A DNA stretch of 64,000 nucleotides from Mayamaea pseudoterrestris (lineage: Eukaryota), in NCBI GenBank assembly GCA_027923505.1, contig BROI01000002.1:1488001-1552000 (forward strand). The letters run 5' to 3'. The translations under genes and the position numbers were made by a program. Positions 21,008 to 32,291 of this stretch are shown here, in pieces (the stretch's first letter is position 1; each line of letters starts with the position of its first letter). The notes beneath the pieces are model-generated. The model made no database searches. It saw only the letters and a program-made list of their open reading frames with translations, and had not been told where the DNA came from.

Positions 21008-24000
21008 ATGCCTCCCCGACGCAAGCTACCCGACGGCAAGACGCTCATGACATCGATGACGCTGCCAAAGCCGCACTCCACCAAGCGCAAGGCCAGTACC
21101 ATTGAAGGATTTCACGACAATAACGAGGCGGCGCGCACCATTGACAGCTTTGACAATGCGCAATACACGAGTCACGTGTTTGTGAACGACGAGTTTGCGG
21201 CGAGCCAGACGAATGACGCGAGTAATACTGCAGCAGCAGCTGCTTCTACTTGCGCTCACACCAACACTGACATGTGCAACCACCACAATACAACTACTGC
21301 AACTACTATCAAAAACAACAATACTACAACTACTGCAAATACCAACTCCAACACTAACCGCTGCTTACACTGCCACACTAATGCATCAACCACCACCAAC
21401 ATTCAAGTCCGCTGCGACGAGTGCAGTTCCTACATTTGCGGCGACTGCCACTGGTGCCACGAGTACCAAGCGAACCACGAGATTCGCGTCTGCGATCGCT
21501 GCGACATTTTCGTGTGCCGTCACTGCGACGAAATGGATCAGTGCGAGTACTGCGGCGAAGTCGTGTGTAAGCTGTGCGCGACGCTGCTGCGGTGCAAGTT
21601 TTGTGGCGGTAGCTTGTGTGAGGATTGCGCCACGGCGTGTGGGCGGTATGTGAACATATATTTGTAGATAGTGTGTATATATGATAACATGGTCGTTGGA
21701 TCTCATTTCCTTCATTTCTTTTCATCTCATCCATTCATTAACATTACAGTTGCGGCATTGTCTTGTGCAGCCGCGACGCCAAGTTTGCGGTTGACTGCGA
21801 CACGTGTAAGCTCTCCTACTGCCTCGTGTGCTTGGCCAGTGGCAGCAAGGATCCGTGCGTGCGCTGCGGACATCGGCCGTCGAAGCGCATGGAGCAGCTG
21901 GTGCATTTACGACTCAAGAGTATATATAAGGCGTTCAAGCAAAGTAGTAGTGGATTAAAGGTTGCGGCGGCGGCTGCTGGTAGACGAAAGGATGGATTTT
22001 CAAATGGTAGTAACAACGACAATGACAATTACATTCCCGATGATCCCGAGCTACTCTTTCAAGCGGCAGCATCGGCGGCGGCCAAGAGTAGTGCGGCGGC
22101 CGCACGATTGGGACGAGGCACGCATCGATCGAGTCAAACGTCGTCTCCAAATCAAGAAACGAATGCATCGACTGCACCAGTGCCGGAAACGTACATGGCC
22201 AAGATGGAAAAGGCGGATGCAGCGGCGGCAGAGTTGCTGGCAGAGTTGGAGGAAGAGGAGGCTGCCAAAAAGAAGAAGAGCAAGAAGAAGAAGGATAAAA
22301 AGAAGAAATTACCGGAGCAGCAGCAAGAAGATCTTGAATTAGATGGTAAGGGAGCGAAACCGGCGAAACTGGACGATGCTATTAATGGAACGAAGAATGG
22401 TGCAGACGATTTCAAGCGTGCTGCGCAGTCTTCTTCGCCTGTAAGATTGCCTACATCTCCAAAACGTTCTGGTAATTTCGTAAAGGTCGTTGCCGAAGAA
22501 GTGAAACCTGCTCCGGATCCAATGGAACAACTGCTTTGCGAGTTGGTGACAGAGTCGAATATTGATGGTATAGAGGCATTCTTGGCTTCTTTAAAGGGAG
22601 TTCCAGGAAAAGCAGTGTTGCGAAAGAACACTAAAAAGGCGTTGAAGAAATTGAGGTCCGTTGATGATGAACCTGAAATGGTCGAGCAAGAAACTGACAA
22701 TGACGTTGACACTCGTCCTGGAGCGCGTACACCGGTGGAGCCGACAATCAACCGCCACTCTGATCTTTTAAAGATTGTCTCTCATTCGCATTGCAAGATT
22801 CCGACCTTGCCATCCTCTCAGCGCCGGACGCAGGCAGCGACCGTTGCTCGATCGGAATGCGTCATGCACATGTCACCCAACATTGTTGGTTATGTGATTG
22901 GTAGAGGTGGCCAACGAATCCGTGATTTAATGGAAGAAAGTGGTGCGCGAGTTTGGATTGACCAGGATAGCATGTCGCCGTCAGACCACCGCATTGTCTA
23001 CATTAGCGGCTCACGAAAATGTGTTGATGCAGCGATGAAAATGATGATGGATCTTGCCGGCAAAGCACCTTTGGGAACGCCGGGCTCTAAACAAATGGCG
23101 CCTAGTATTGATGGTGGCACTGCCAAGTCTCCACTAATATCGTCGTCAAAGTCACCAGCGTTTCTAGATGTGGCTGAGTTGTCTGCCTCTGTTGCTGGCC
23201 TTGGCGTGCAACAACGCAGTCATCTAGCGGCAGACACGAAAGCTTCGCCACTTTCCTCTGAAAGAACGTCTCAGGTAATTTCATGCGATCCCAGATTTGT
23301 GCCGTTGTTAATCGGTCGGCGGGGATGGACGATTAAAAACATTCAGGACTCTAGCGGCGCTAAAGTAGACATTGATCAAACTGTCATACCACGAAAAATT
23401 ACTGTGTCGGGCTCTGTTACCCAAGTTTCACTGGCAGTGAAGATGGTGCACGAAGTTTTGGATTATCCGCAATCGCAGCTACAAAGTTTCTCAGGATTTG
23501 AGCCTCTGGAAGACTGCTTGGCCAATCAGCGCAATCATGCAATTCCTCCAGTCGTGAGTGACAGCATGCCAGCGTCTCCTTCGCCTGAGGCCAGCAAGCA
23601 TGTACCGGCACATTCGTCTCCGCCGTCGTCATTAATCATGCCCAACGACGCTGCGTCTGCATCGTCGTCGCTATCATCGACGCCAGAGCCTTCGATGGCA
23701 TCGTTGTCTACGAGAGGACAAATGTATCAGCATTTGCCAGCGGGTCCCATGCTCCCTCTTCCGTGTATGGGTGTGAATCTTACTGCTCAGCACAGCCTGC
23801 TGACATCAGACTTGGGACCTGATGCTTTACAGCAGGCTCGACTTCCTTCCGATCTATTAACGCCGGTAAGACCAAATCATGAAGGTGAAACGCACGACAC
23901 GACCCGACAGGCAATTACCAATCCTATTGGGGCAGTGGGAACGAATGCGTTTAGCTCGCGGCAAATTTCAGGAACTTATGCCTCTACTGTTATCGGAGAG

Positions 24001-24663
24001 CGCAATTTCGGACATGCCATGAACCCCGCAATTAACCATCAAACTCAGACTGCCCGATCGCACACTGCGTTCGAATTGCCATCAGTAACCCAGCGAGGGT
24101 TTGTTGACCCTGTCCCGCCTTTAGCATACAATGGCCTCACTAGAGATGATCCTATACTGCCACCACCAGGTGAAAGTTGGTCTTTGAATCACTCTGCTCC
24201 CCGGTCTCCAAGCCATCCGTTGACTGGTCGAACCTCGTCGGATGGATTTTACCTCGACGCCGCAGTAGACTTTTTACAAAACAGCAGCAGCACGAACGCG
24301 CATCGTGATACCACCTTGCCCGGAATCGCGTTACCTCCGTCAAGGGCTGGTCTCCATGAGCGGACAGCTAGTGCTCCTACCGCATATGCGACTACTGGTG
24401 GCATGGCTGACGAGTCGCTCATTGTCGATAGCTTGTTTGGTCCTTTGGACAATGGCGGTAACGGCGGAGGTTCTGCGCTCTTGGCTGGCCTGCAAGGACT
24501 TTCGTTGAGTAAGGAACCACCAGCAGACGGCGGAATCTGGGGCTCGGCGGCGGTCGCGAGCCACATTGGAGGATTTGAAACTGTTGAAAAAGGCCATGTA
24601 CCCGCTGCCGAGCTGTTTGATATGCATCATCAGCATCCGTCTCAGTCACGCTTTGGCTGGTAA
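21008..24663 (+). CDS. Cys-rich zinc-binding + two KH-domain RNA-binding protein (intron 21646-21749)
   Basis: Array of CxxC pairs spanning the intron; KH motifs VGYVIGRGGQRIRDL and VPLLIGRRGWTIKNIQ; GTATGT...TTACAG intron restores the frame. Confidence 0.85.
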
Positions 24664-25314
24664 AGGTCGTCCGTGTTGCGATTGGCATATTTTGCGATCA
24701 AGTCTTGAATGTTTGAGTTGTGCGGTCCGATAGTTTGCGGCATACTGCTCCGTGTCGCAAACTATCAAAGTAATTACAGTGCCGATACATACTGCTAAGT
24801 GTATCGCGCATTGTTTCCATTAACTGCTATTTATGTTCTTGCAATGTTTTGCTAGGTAATGGCTGACTGACTGGCAAAAATTAGTACATCGTCGCGCCTA
24901 TTCAGTCCTTGATTCAACAGGCGGCATGTGACTGCGAATTTTTCTGCACTGCACTTATATACTAGTACTGTAGCAGCTGTATGTATTTGTAGTTCTGTAG
25001 TCAATTTGCATGGTACAGTAGATGATAATGTCGAATCACCTCCGCACATCCATACATATTTTTACTCCAGCATTGACGGATCAACGACGCGCTTCTTGAA
25101 GCGTGACGAGGATGTACCAGGGAGTCGTGTTTATCAGTCGTGTTAGGTCACACTTCCATAAGTATTGGGTACCGGTAGGTCGCGCGAATTCTGCTTGTCG
25201 AGACTGGGAACATGGCGGATCGCCCGTCACACTCTCTTCTTTGGCAGCCGACTGAGAAGAGTGGCGTTGGACGATACTTATATACAAGCATCAGCCTTCC
25301 CTTGCCGGAATACC

Positions 25315-27064
25315 ATGAGTCCTGGGATCAAAGTCTCTCGCAAGCATTATCTTGATCAGACCAAGAGTGAAGACGATGAACATGACGAACGTCCCACCAA
25401 GTTGCCGAGGCATCAAGACATTAGCTCGGACAACGAGACTGAAGCAACCTTGCTTCAAGCATCTCAGTCAATTGATCCACTCGTCAATGGCGACACTGCC
25501 ACCATTATATATTCCTTTTTAGATTGCCGCGAGCTACTGAACATGGCATGCACCTCCAAGCTGCTCATGGAGCGCGTCAGCTACGAGCATGTGCTGCGAT
25601 CAAGTATGATGCACGGCGGTTACGCCAAATCGAGTACGGAGCGCATCGTTTCGCTCGTCCAACAAAACAAGATTCATGTGCCGTCGCCCATGCGCATGCT
25701 ACGAATCGCCAATGGAAGGCGGTGCGAAAATTGTCTACGCGACAAGGTGAATGTGCTTTCAGCCGACTATGGGTAGGTTTTTGTTCCAAGGTTTTGAATG
25801 GCTATCCGCTGACTTCAAGTGTGACTCATGTGTGTTTCACTCTCTCATCTTTTTCAGTGTTTTCTTTGGCCGAAGATGCTGCCTGAACGAAAACAAGTGG
25901 TCACGCACCGTTCCTCACAATAGTCAGTGGAGCGCCATTCTGAGCGAGCCCAAAATGGCAAGGAGCGACACCAACACGAGGACGCAAGTGTTTGACCGAC
26001 CATTTTTCAAGTTTGGTGAGTCGCATGGCCCCGTCTTGACCGCCAAATGCTGGCTACAAGACTGCAAGCAGCAAGAAGGCGCCGTTGTGGAGCTGTTGCA
26101 CCACTACGAAGCGCATGAAGTCAATTGCTTTCGTGCCAAGCAACTCGTTCGCGCCTACGACGAAGCCTTGGGCGACGCAACAAGGCGAACGGCGGAGCGA
26201 GAAACAGCGCAGTCGAAAAGGCAAGAGTTGTCGTGGACCAAGTTTGTCAACAAGAGTCAAGCCGTGGTTCAAAGACTGGAACACGCCCTTGGTCGCATGC
26301 CGGAGCGCGACGTTTTGCTCAAGTGGACGCCTCCGCGACGTGAGGAGGACGGCAAGCGACGGATTCAAGGTCAGTTTGGTTGTCCGTTACTCAACGAGTA
26401 CATGAAGAAACATTTCAAAGCGCCAAGCAAGTTCAAGGGCGCGAAAGTTACTGAGGCGGCCACGAAATGTTTTCAAGTAGTTGCGGCAGCAACGGCCTTG
26501 ATGCAACTTGACTTCTTGTCACAAGCGGATCCTTGCGAATCAATGCTGCTTCAGTATTGCAAGTCTCAAGACCAAGCGGTTTTGCAAAACACGTTCCTCA
26601 ACAAGATGGATGCGGCCACGTTAAAGGCCATACAGCAAGGTCATCTACTCGCTGCAATGGAAATGCTCCTACCTGTCGACGCGATTGCTCACGAGGCGAT
26701 TGCAGATGCCTCAACTGCTACCACAATTAGTACTGATAGTCTTTCGATGCAAAAATCGCTCGCGAAACTGTCATGGAGCGCTTCAATAACATTACCCCCA
26801 ACGCGGGAGTGCTACCAGTCGGCCTTGGAACAATATTCCTTCTTGAGCGACGCAGTCAACGAGGTCATGGCGACGCCCGATATCAAGGTTCACAGTCGAT
26901 TAAACTCTTTCCTCACGCGCAATGCGGCGCGTGGATGCGGTTTCAGCATGTTGCGCGAGCATGCTACGAACCCCGACTGTCTTTCACCTGCCATGGGGAC
27001 CATGTGCCAAATGCCTGACGATGGTACACATCGTAAGCCAAGCAAGCCTTTGCTGCGCGTCTAG
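25315..27064 (+). CDS. F-box-like protein (intron 25773-25857)
   Basis: DTATIIYSFLDCRELLNMACTSK resembles an F-box; followed by RRCENC...YG|VFFGRRCC across a GTAGGT...TTTCAG intron. Confidence 0.65.
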
Positions 27065-27523
27065 ATAAGATCTGCAGGAAATGTCGGTCGCTTTACCAAT
27101 TTGAAATTGAACATGTCAGACAGAAAGGCATAGCGAGGACGCCACCTTGCTGACGCCCGCCATAACTTGGAGAACTTCTCAAGCCTCGGTGAGCATTCGA
27201 CGGAATCTGGTAAAGCAGCACAAACAACCTGACACCTATTGACTGTGAAGTAAACAACGGCATAAGGTAAAGTCTGCGAGCACCTCAACCTCAAGTCATC
27301 GGGTCGATGCCACCTCATTGGATAAGGTAGTACGTTATTAAAACCTTTAAAACTAGGTAATGACTGCGTAAAGTTTGCGGCATCGCTTACTAAAAATGGA
27401 TTAATAGGCGGACCACTTCTCGCGGGCGTAGCTAATTGCCAAAGGACTCCTAACGTAATTCTCATACGCACGCAGGCCTCATATATCATGCCAAAGCCAG
27501 ATCGTAACATTGAATAACAACAG

Positions 27524-30500
27524 CTAATATTTGTTTAATTCCACAGAAGCGAGCATACCACGTGCAATTACAGCGGCGAGCGGTTCAGGGATAACACAAT
27601 GCGCCGCGTCCTTGTCATTCTGAACACTTCCTGGATGATTCACTTCTGTTTGCCGGTTGTAGGGACAGTTAACGTTCTTGCAAGTATAAGCGGAAAGTTT
27701 CTGCGCCAGCTCACCATTATTTGTCCACAGGTGCGTCGGCTTCATTTCGTCACGTCCAAAAGCGCAATAATTGACCTTGACAGTCTCTAAGCCAAGCATG
27801 TACTTTGCGAGTGTCATGAGTGGGCATTTGTCCATGGCAGCGTCAGGATTCTCAATCATCAACTGTACATCTGGATTTCGCTGTTGTGCCATCACCATTA
27901 TCTCCATTAGCTTTGCCAGATCATAATTTGCTCGTCGAGCGTCGTCTGTAATCTCGTAGAGGCCATTTTTCGGGGAGCGATGTTTTCCACAGGCCAAGCA
28001 TGTAAATGTAGTACATGGTGGTGAACCGAATATGGCGTCGGGCACATCACCAAGCTCATTTTCAATATACTGATACGTAAGTGTATGGACATTAATTCTG
28101 TGCGTCGCCTGGGAAAACCGATCATTGTCGACCGAGATGACACGGTCAAATCCAGCCTGGATGAGTTGATCTATTGTGGCCCAACGTAGAGTGAGGCGCT
28201 AATTGTAATGACTGCAACATAATGCGTAGTGTAACTCACCTGCGACCCTTCCTCGCCCACAAAAGAGCTCAACAGCACGGCGAAGACGACCGTTCATATT
28301 CCATTGCATGCGATTGCAGGGCTGACAAAGTCGCAACAACTCGCTACCCTCATATTCCTCATTATCTCCATCGTCGTATGTCACCTGGCATAAGTTCTCA
28401 CGCTCTCCGTTAACGTTGACAAAACTCTCTATATTAGTAACTCTGCCGACGTGGTATTCGTCAAACATTTTCCTCACCCACATACCAAGCTGAGGTACCC
28501 AGTGGTGGTCGCACGGGCCACATAACGACCCGTCACGGATTGCGGCAGCTCGCTTAATCAATTCATCCCGATCGAAAGGTTCACGTGACGTCGAGAACTC
28601 TGCCAAGACCAGCACAACTACGTCAATTGGAAATCGAATATCGTCCCAGAGTACACTCTTACGCATGACGTGAAGATCTTGTAGTACCTTGTCGTCTTTT
28701 AGTGAGAGATAAATGTCATCGTCGTCGAAAATGTAGCGCTTCAGCAAGGTTACCTGATAATCATTCCAGGCTGCTTCACTAAAATCAGCCCATTCCTCGT
28801 CATCCCGCATCACAACTTGGGCAATGCCTAATGGAGGCTCTGCGTTCTCGGTGTCATCGGCGTCAAAGCAACGTAATGTTGGTGGGGCCCGAGAAACCAG
28901 CTCGTCACATCTTGCATTGATATATCGGACCACACAATGTGTTGTATAATAGATTAAGTCAGAGTGATCACCAAAAACTCCTTCTTCATTCATCGTCAGA
29001 AGACGCTGACAAAGTGCTGGGGAGTTAACCCATAAAGTAAATTTCCCGACTACCGCCTTGAGGCAAACCATGTGAAGCGGGAGACCAAAACGTTTCCAAT
29101 CGTCACGCTTATCGCGAATTAAATTATTTATGGCCGCGATCTGACTCTCTAAAGCCAACTGGAGATGAGGACTTTCCGTCTTTGCCCACGCAACAACAGT
29201 GGACAAAGTCTGGTAATCGAATCCAGCAAACGCATAAATAAAGTCAGGCGCAACCCCACAGCATCGCTGCTTTATTTCTTCTACGTCGGAACTAACATGT
29301 TCCACCTTCCAATATCGGCGCTCGAGTTCAAGTCGCAGGTCCAATCTTGCTGGAACTAGAAGCAAAGAATGTAAGTAATATGAAAGCGCATATGAAAGCG
29401 CATACGTACAAACAATTGATCATGGCAACGTACCGTCACCAACCACCAAACAAAGAAAATAAAGCTTATTGACAACAGAAGGGCCTGTGACAGGCAACGG
29501 CGAGAGTTCGGGAAACCACTTGCCGCAGATCTGTTCCGCAATACGCTGAAGACCGAATTCTGGTTGTGCGTTAACAAAAAATTGTAGCGGAACCGTCCAT
29601 TCTTGCCTGTAACGTAAGATCGACGTAAATATTTCCATGGCCCTCTGACATATAATTCTCGGTCCAAGAGGCAACGCGGCAAGGTATGTCAAGTAGTGAT
29701 GAGGTAACGGCGGGCTGCCATCCGATATAACAACAAAAAAACCCGGCAGACGCTCCAAGCATGGGTAAATTGAAGCCAGATCATCCAGCATCTCGCGAGA
29801 AAGGAAATTCCCATGATCCAAGTAAACTTCCAAAGGATCAATTTCGACTGACTGTGAATCAGCCGAGAGCGACGACAAAGACTGCAGAGATTTAACTGCA
29901 ATGCTGTTTACTGAAATTGAAACATCTGATGTGGCAGACTGTTCCATTGCTCGCGGCGCCCGGTAGGGCAGCTTGCTGTCCTTGCCGGATGGTTCACCCG
30001 GCCTTGTGGTTTTCAAAGCTGTGGGACGAGCGGATGATCCAGCCGACACCTGTGGAATTTCCTTGGTCGCCTTAAAGAGACGCGCATTACTGTGCATGAC
30101 CTTTTGTTTTCCGTCGTTGTTCATCTTGCCGGACTGTTCCTTGCGATTTTGGCGCTCACCAGCTGTCTTTGCAGTCGTGTTGTCTGTGCGTGTCTTTAGA
30201 CGGCCGACAAATGCATCGAGCGACACTCGCTGACTCTTTGTGGTCGCTGGCAATCGCTTGCTACTCTGAACCGGGCGTTTTCGCAAACTCGACTGTCGAG
30301 CAGACTCTTGTTTGTCGTCACCTTCGTCATCCGATGATATCTCCACATAGTCTGAATCACTTCCGCAATCTTTTAGTGAGTCAACGTCTTTGTCATTGCC
30401 CAAAAGTTCCTTCTCAAGAAGCGCTGTGCGAGCAGCTTGAGTAGCAACATGATTCACCACGAAACTCGTGGTCGCAGGCTGCGAAGGTACTTTTAATGTG

Positions 30501-31663
30501 CTGTCCGCTGAAGATCCGCTGCCGAGTGGTGTTTGTGACGGTTCACGCATAATCAGCGTTGGAAGTTGGTAGTCGTCCTCACGATCGACACATTGGCCGT
30601 TGCGGCTGGCAAAAGGATTGCTAGAAGCAAAGCCGGCGTCAAGCAAGGCTGCTTTTGAAGCCTCTTCGTCAGACAACTCGTCAGAGTCGAAGTTATCGTC
30701 GCTCGTGCACCCTTCCAGCGCAATGCCTGCATTTGGCTCATTTTCTTCTGCTCGTTGCGTGTCGACACGGCCATCTCCTTGCACCTCGAAACCATTCTTG
30801 ACAGGACTGCTCACCGTCAAACCCTGAAAGATGTTTGCCAAGGCATCTACGATATCCAAATCACCTGCCGCATCTTCCTCGCCCTTGTCCTCGACTTCAT
30901 CATCGTCCGAGGTCAATTCGATACGTTGAAACATGTCAATCATCTCGTCCAATTGCTGCAGTTGTTGCTGCTGATCGTCGTCGCCCCCGTCGTCGCACAC
31001 AGGAAGGTCATTCACTTTTGAAATTTGCTGCTGCTGCTGCTGCTGCTGATTCTCGGCATCGTCCTCATCATCACTCGCCGAAAGATCAAACAATTGTACA
31101 TGCTGACCTTGCAAATTTGGTTGTTGCTGCTGCTGATTCTCGTCATCGTCCTCGTCATCACTCGCCGAAAGGTCAATCACTTGCACATGTTCCTGTTCCT
31201 GCTGCTGCAGCTGATTGTCGTTGTTGCTCACTCTGAAAGTATCACTCTCGTCGTCGTCCTCGTCATCACTCGCCGAAAGGTCAATCACTTGCACATGTTC
31301 CTGTTCCTGCTGCTGCAGCTGATTGTCATCGTCGTCCTCGTCTTCCTCGTCATCGCTCGCTGAAATGTCAATCACTTGTACATGTTCCTGTTGCTGCTGC
31401 TGATTATTGTCGTCGTCGTCCTCGTCACCGCTCACAGAAAGATCAATTACTTGTACATTCCGCTGTTGCTGCTGCTGGACAAATCTTTGCTGCTCGTTTG
31501 GCGCTGGCTCGACAGCATGCTGATGGTGCTGATCGTTGTCCGGATCAGGCTCTGCTTCCTCCACAATCGTATCAATATCCGAATCATTCAAAATGGCTTC
31601 CAAAAAGTAGTCGTCCTCCAGAAGATCGTCGTCGTCGTCGTCCTGCAGTTGTTTATACTCCAT
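27524..31663 (-). CDS. Multidomain C5-cytosine methyltransferase paralog A (exons 31663-29434, 29355-28240, 28170-27524; about 1330 aa)
   Basis: Motif I AVELFCGRG, motif II VISVD, catalytic motif IV FGSPPC, motif VI MIENP, then VNYCAFG..KPTHLWTN and IPEPL. Tudor-like GMWVRKMF...GRVT...VTYDDGDNEE. Two GT-AG introns restore one continuous frame. Confidence 0.85.
31040..31460 (-). repeat. Coding tandem repeats Q-rich-(V)QVIDLSASDDEDD, with an identical 74-bp pair at 31146-31219 and 31254-31327
   Basis: Five peptide units seen directly in the ORF and DNA, interspersed with CAG runs. Confidence 0.9.
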
Positions 31664-32205
31664 ATTGTTTCGTCGAAAAATTCAGCAAGTCACCAAGACA
31701 GTCAATGCTGTTGATGCAGATTCAGTGCAGTGAAGCCGTCCCTCTTGTCGACCGCAACTTGCAGTTTGCGCGCCTCCAACCCCCCAGGCGCCGTGGAAGG
31801 CTTCCATGAGAGAGTCATATTGCTCCACGCTGCTGCGAATGAGCAGCGTGATGCCATGGCGATCATGGTGCACACATCATAATATTATGATGTGTTGCGG
31901 CGGAATCAACTCGCGCATTTTGTTGTTGTCGCTGCGGTTTCAACAAGTACCGCAGCGACTGATCGCCAAATGACTGGACGCGCACCTCGTTTTCTCACGG
32001 CAAAGAAGCACGAGTACTACGCCTATGCTTTTGAAGTCCTCTAACCCCAGCTCAGCAACACCAAGTCTAGCTGTTCACGGCCAAGCGCGACAGGTATAAG
32101 CATGGTACCGTCTTGCAGCATCTTTCTGCCTAGAATCCGTTCCGATACACGTTTTCGCCCAATTGCGACTGGAAGAAAAAAACAAGAGCTTATACTAGAT
32201 TTACA

Positions 32206-32254
32206 ACTACACTTGCAAGCGGTTAAGGGATGACTCCATAATCCAACTGGCTTC
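32206..32254 (-). repeat. 49-bp diverged copy of 32341-32389 (3' end of MTase paralog B)
   Basis: actacacttgcaagcggttaagggatgactccataatccaactggcttc versus actacacatgcaagtggttcagggatgactccataatccaactggcttc (3 mismatches). Confidence 0.85.
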
Positions 32255-32291
32255 AGCAAATGGAAGAATTATTAAGCGATTATACTAAATT

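Noticed and set aside
31040..31460. CRISPR-like repeat-spacer appearance
   Set aside because: The repeats are in-frame coding units in a eukaryotic gene; no cas genes and no constant repeat length.
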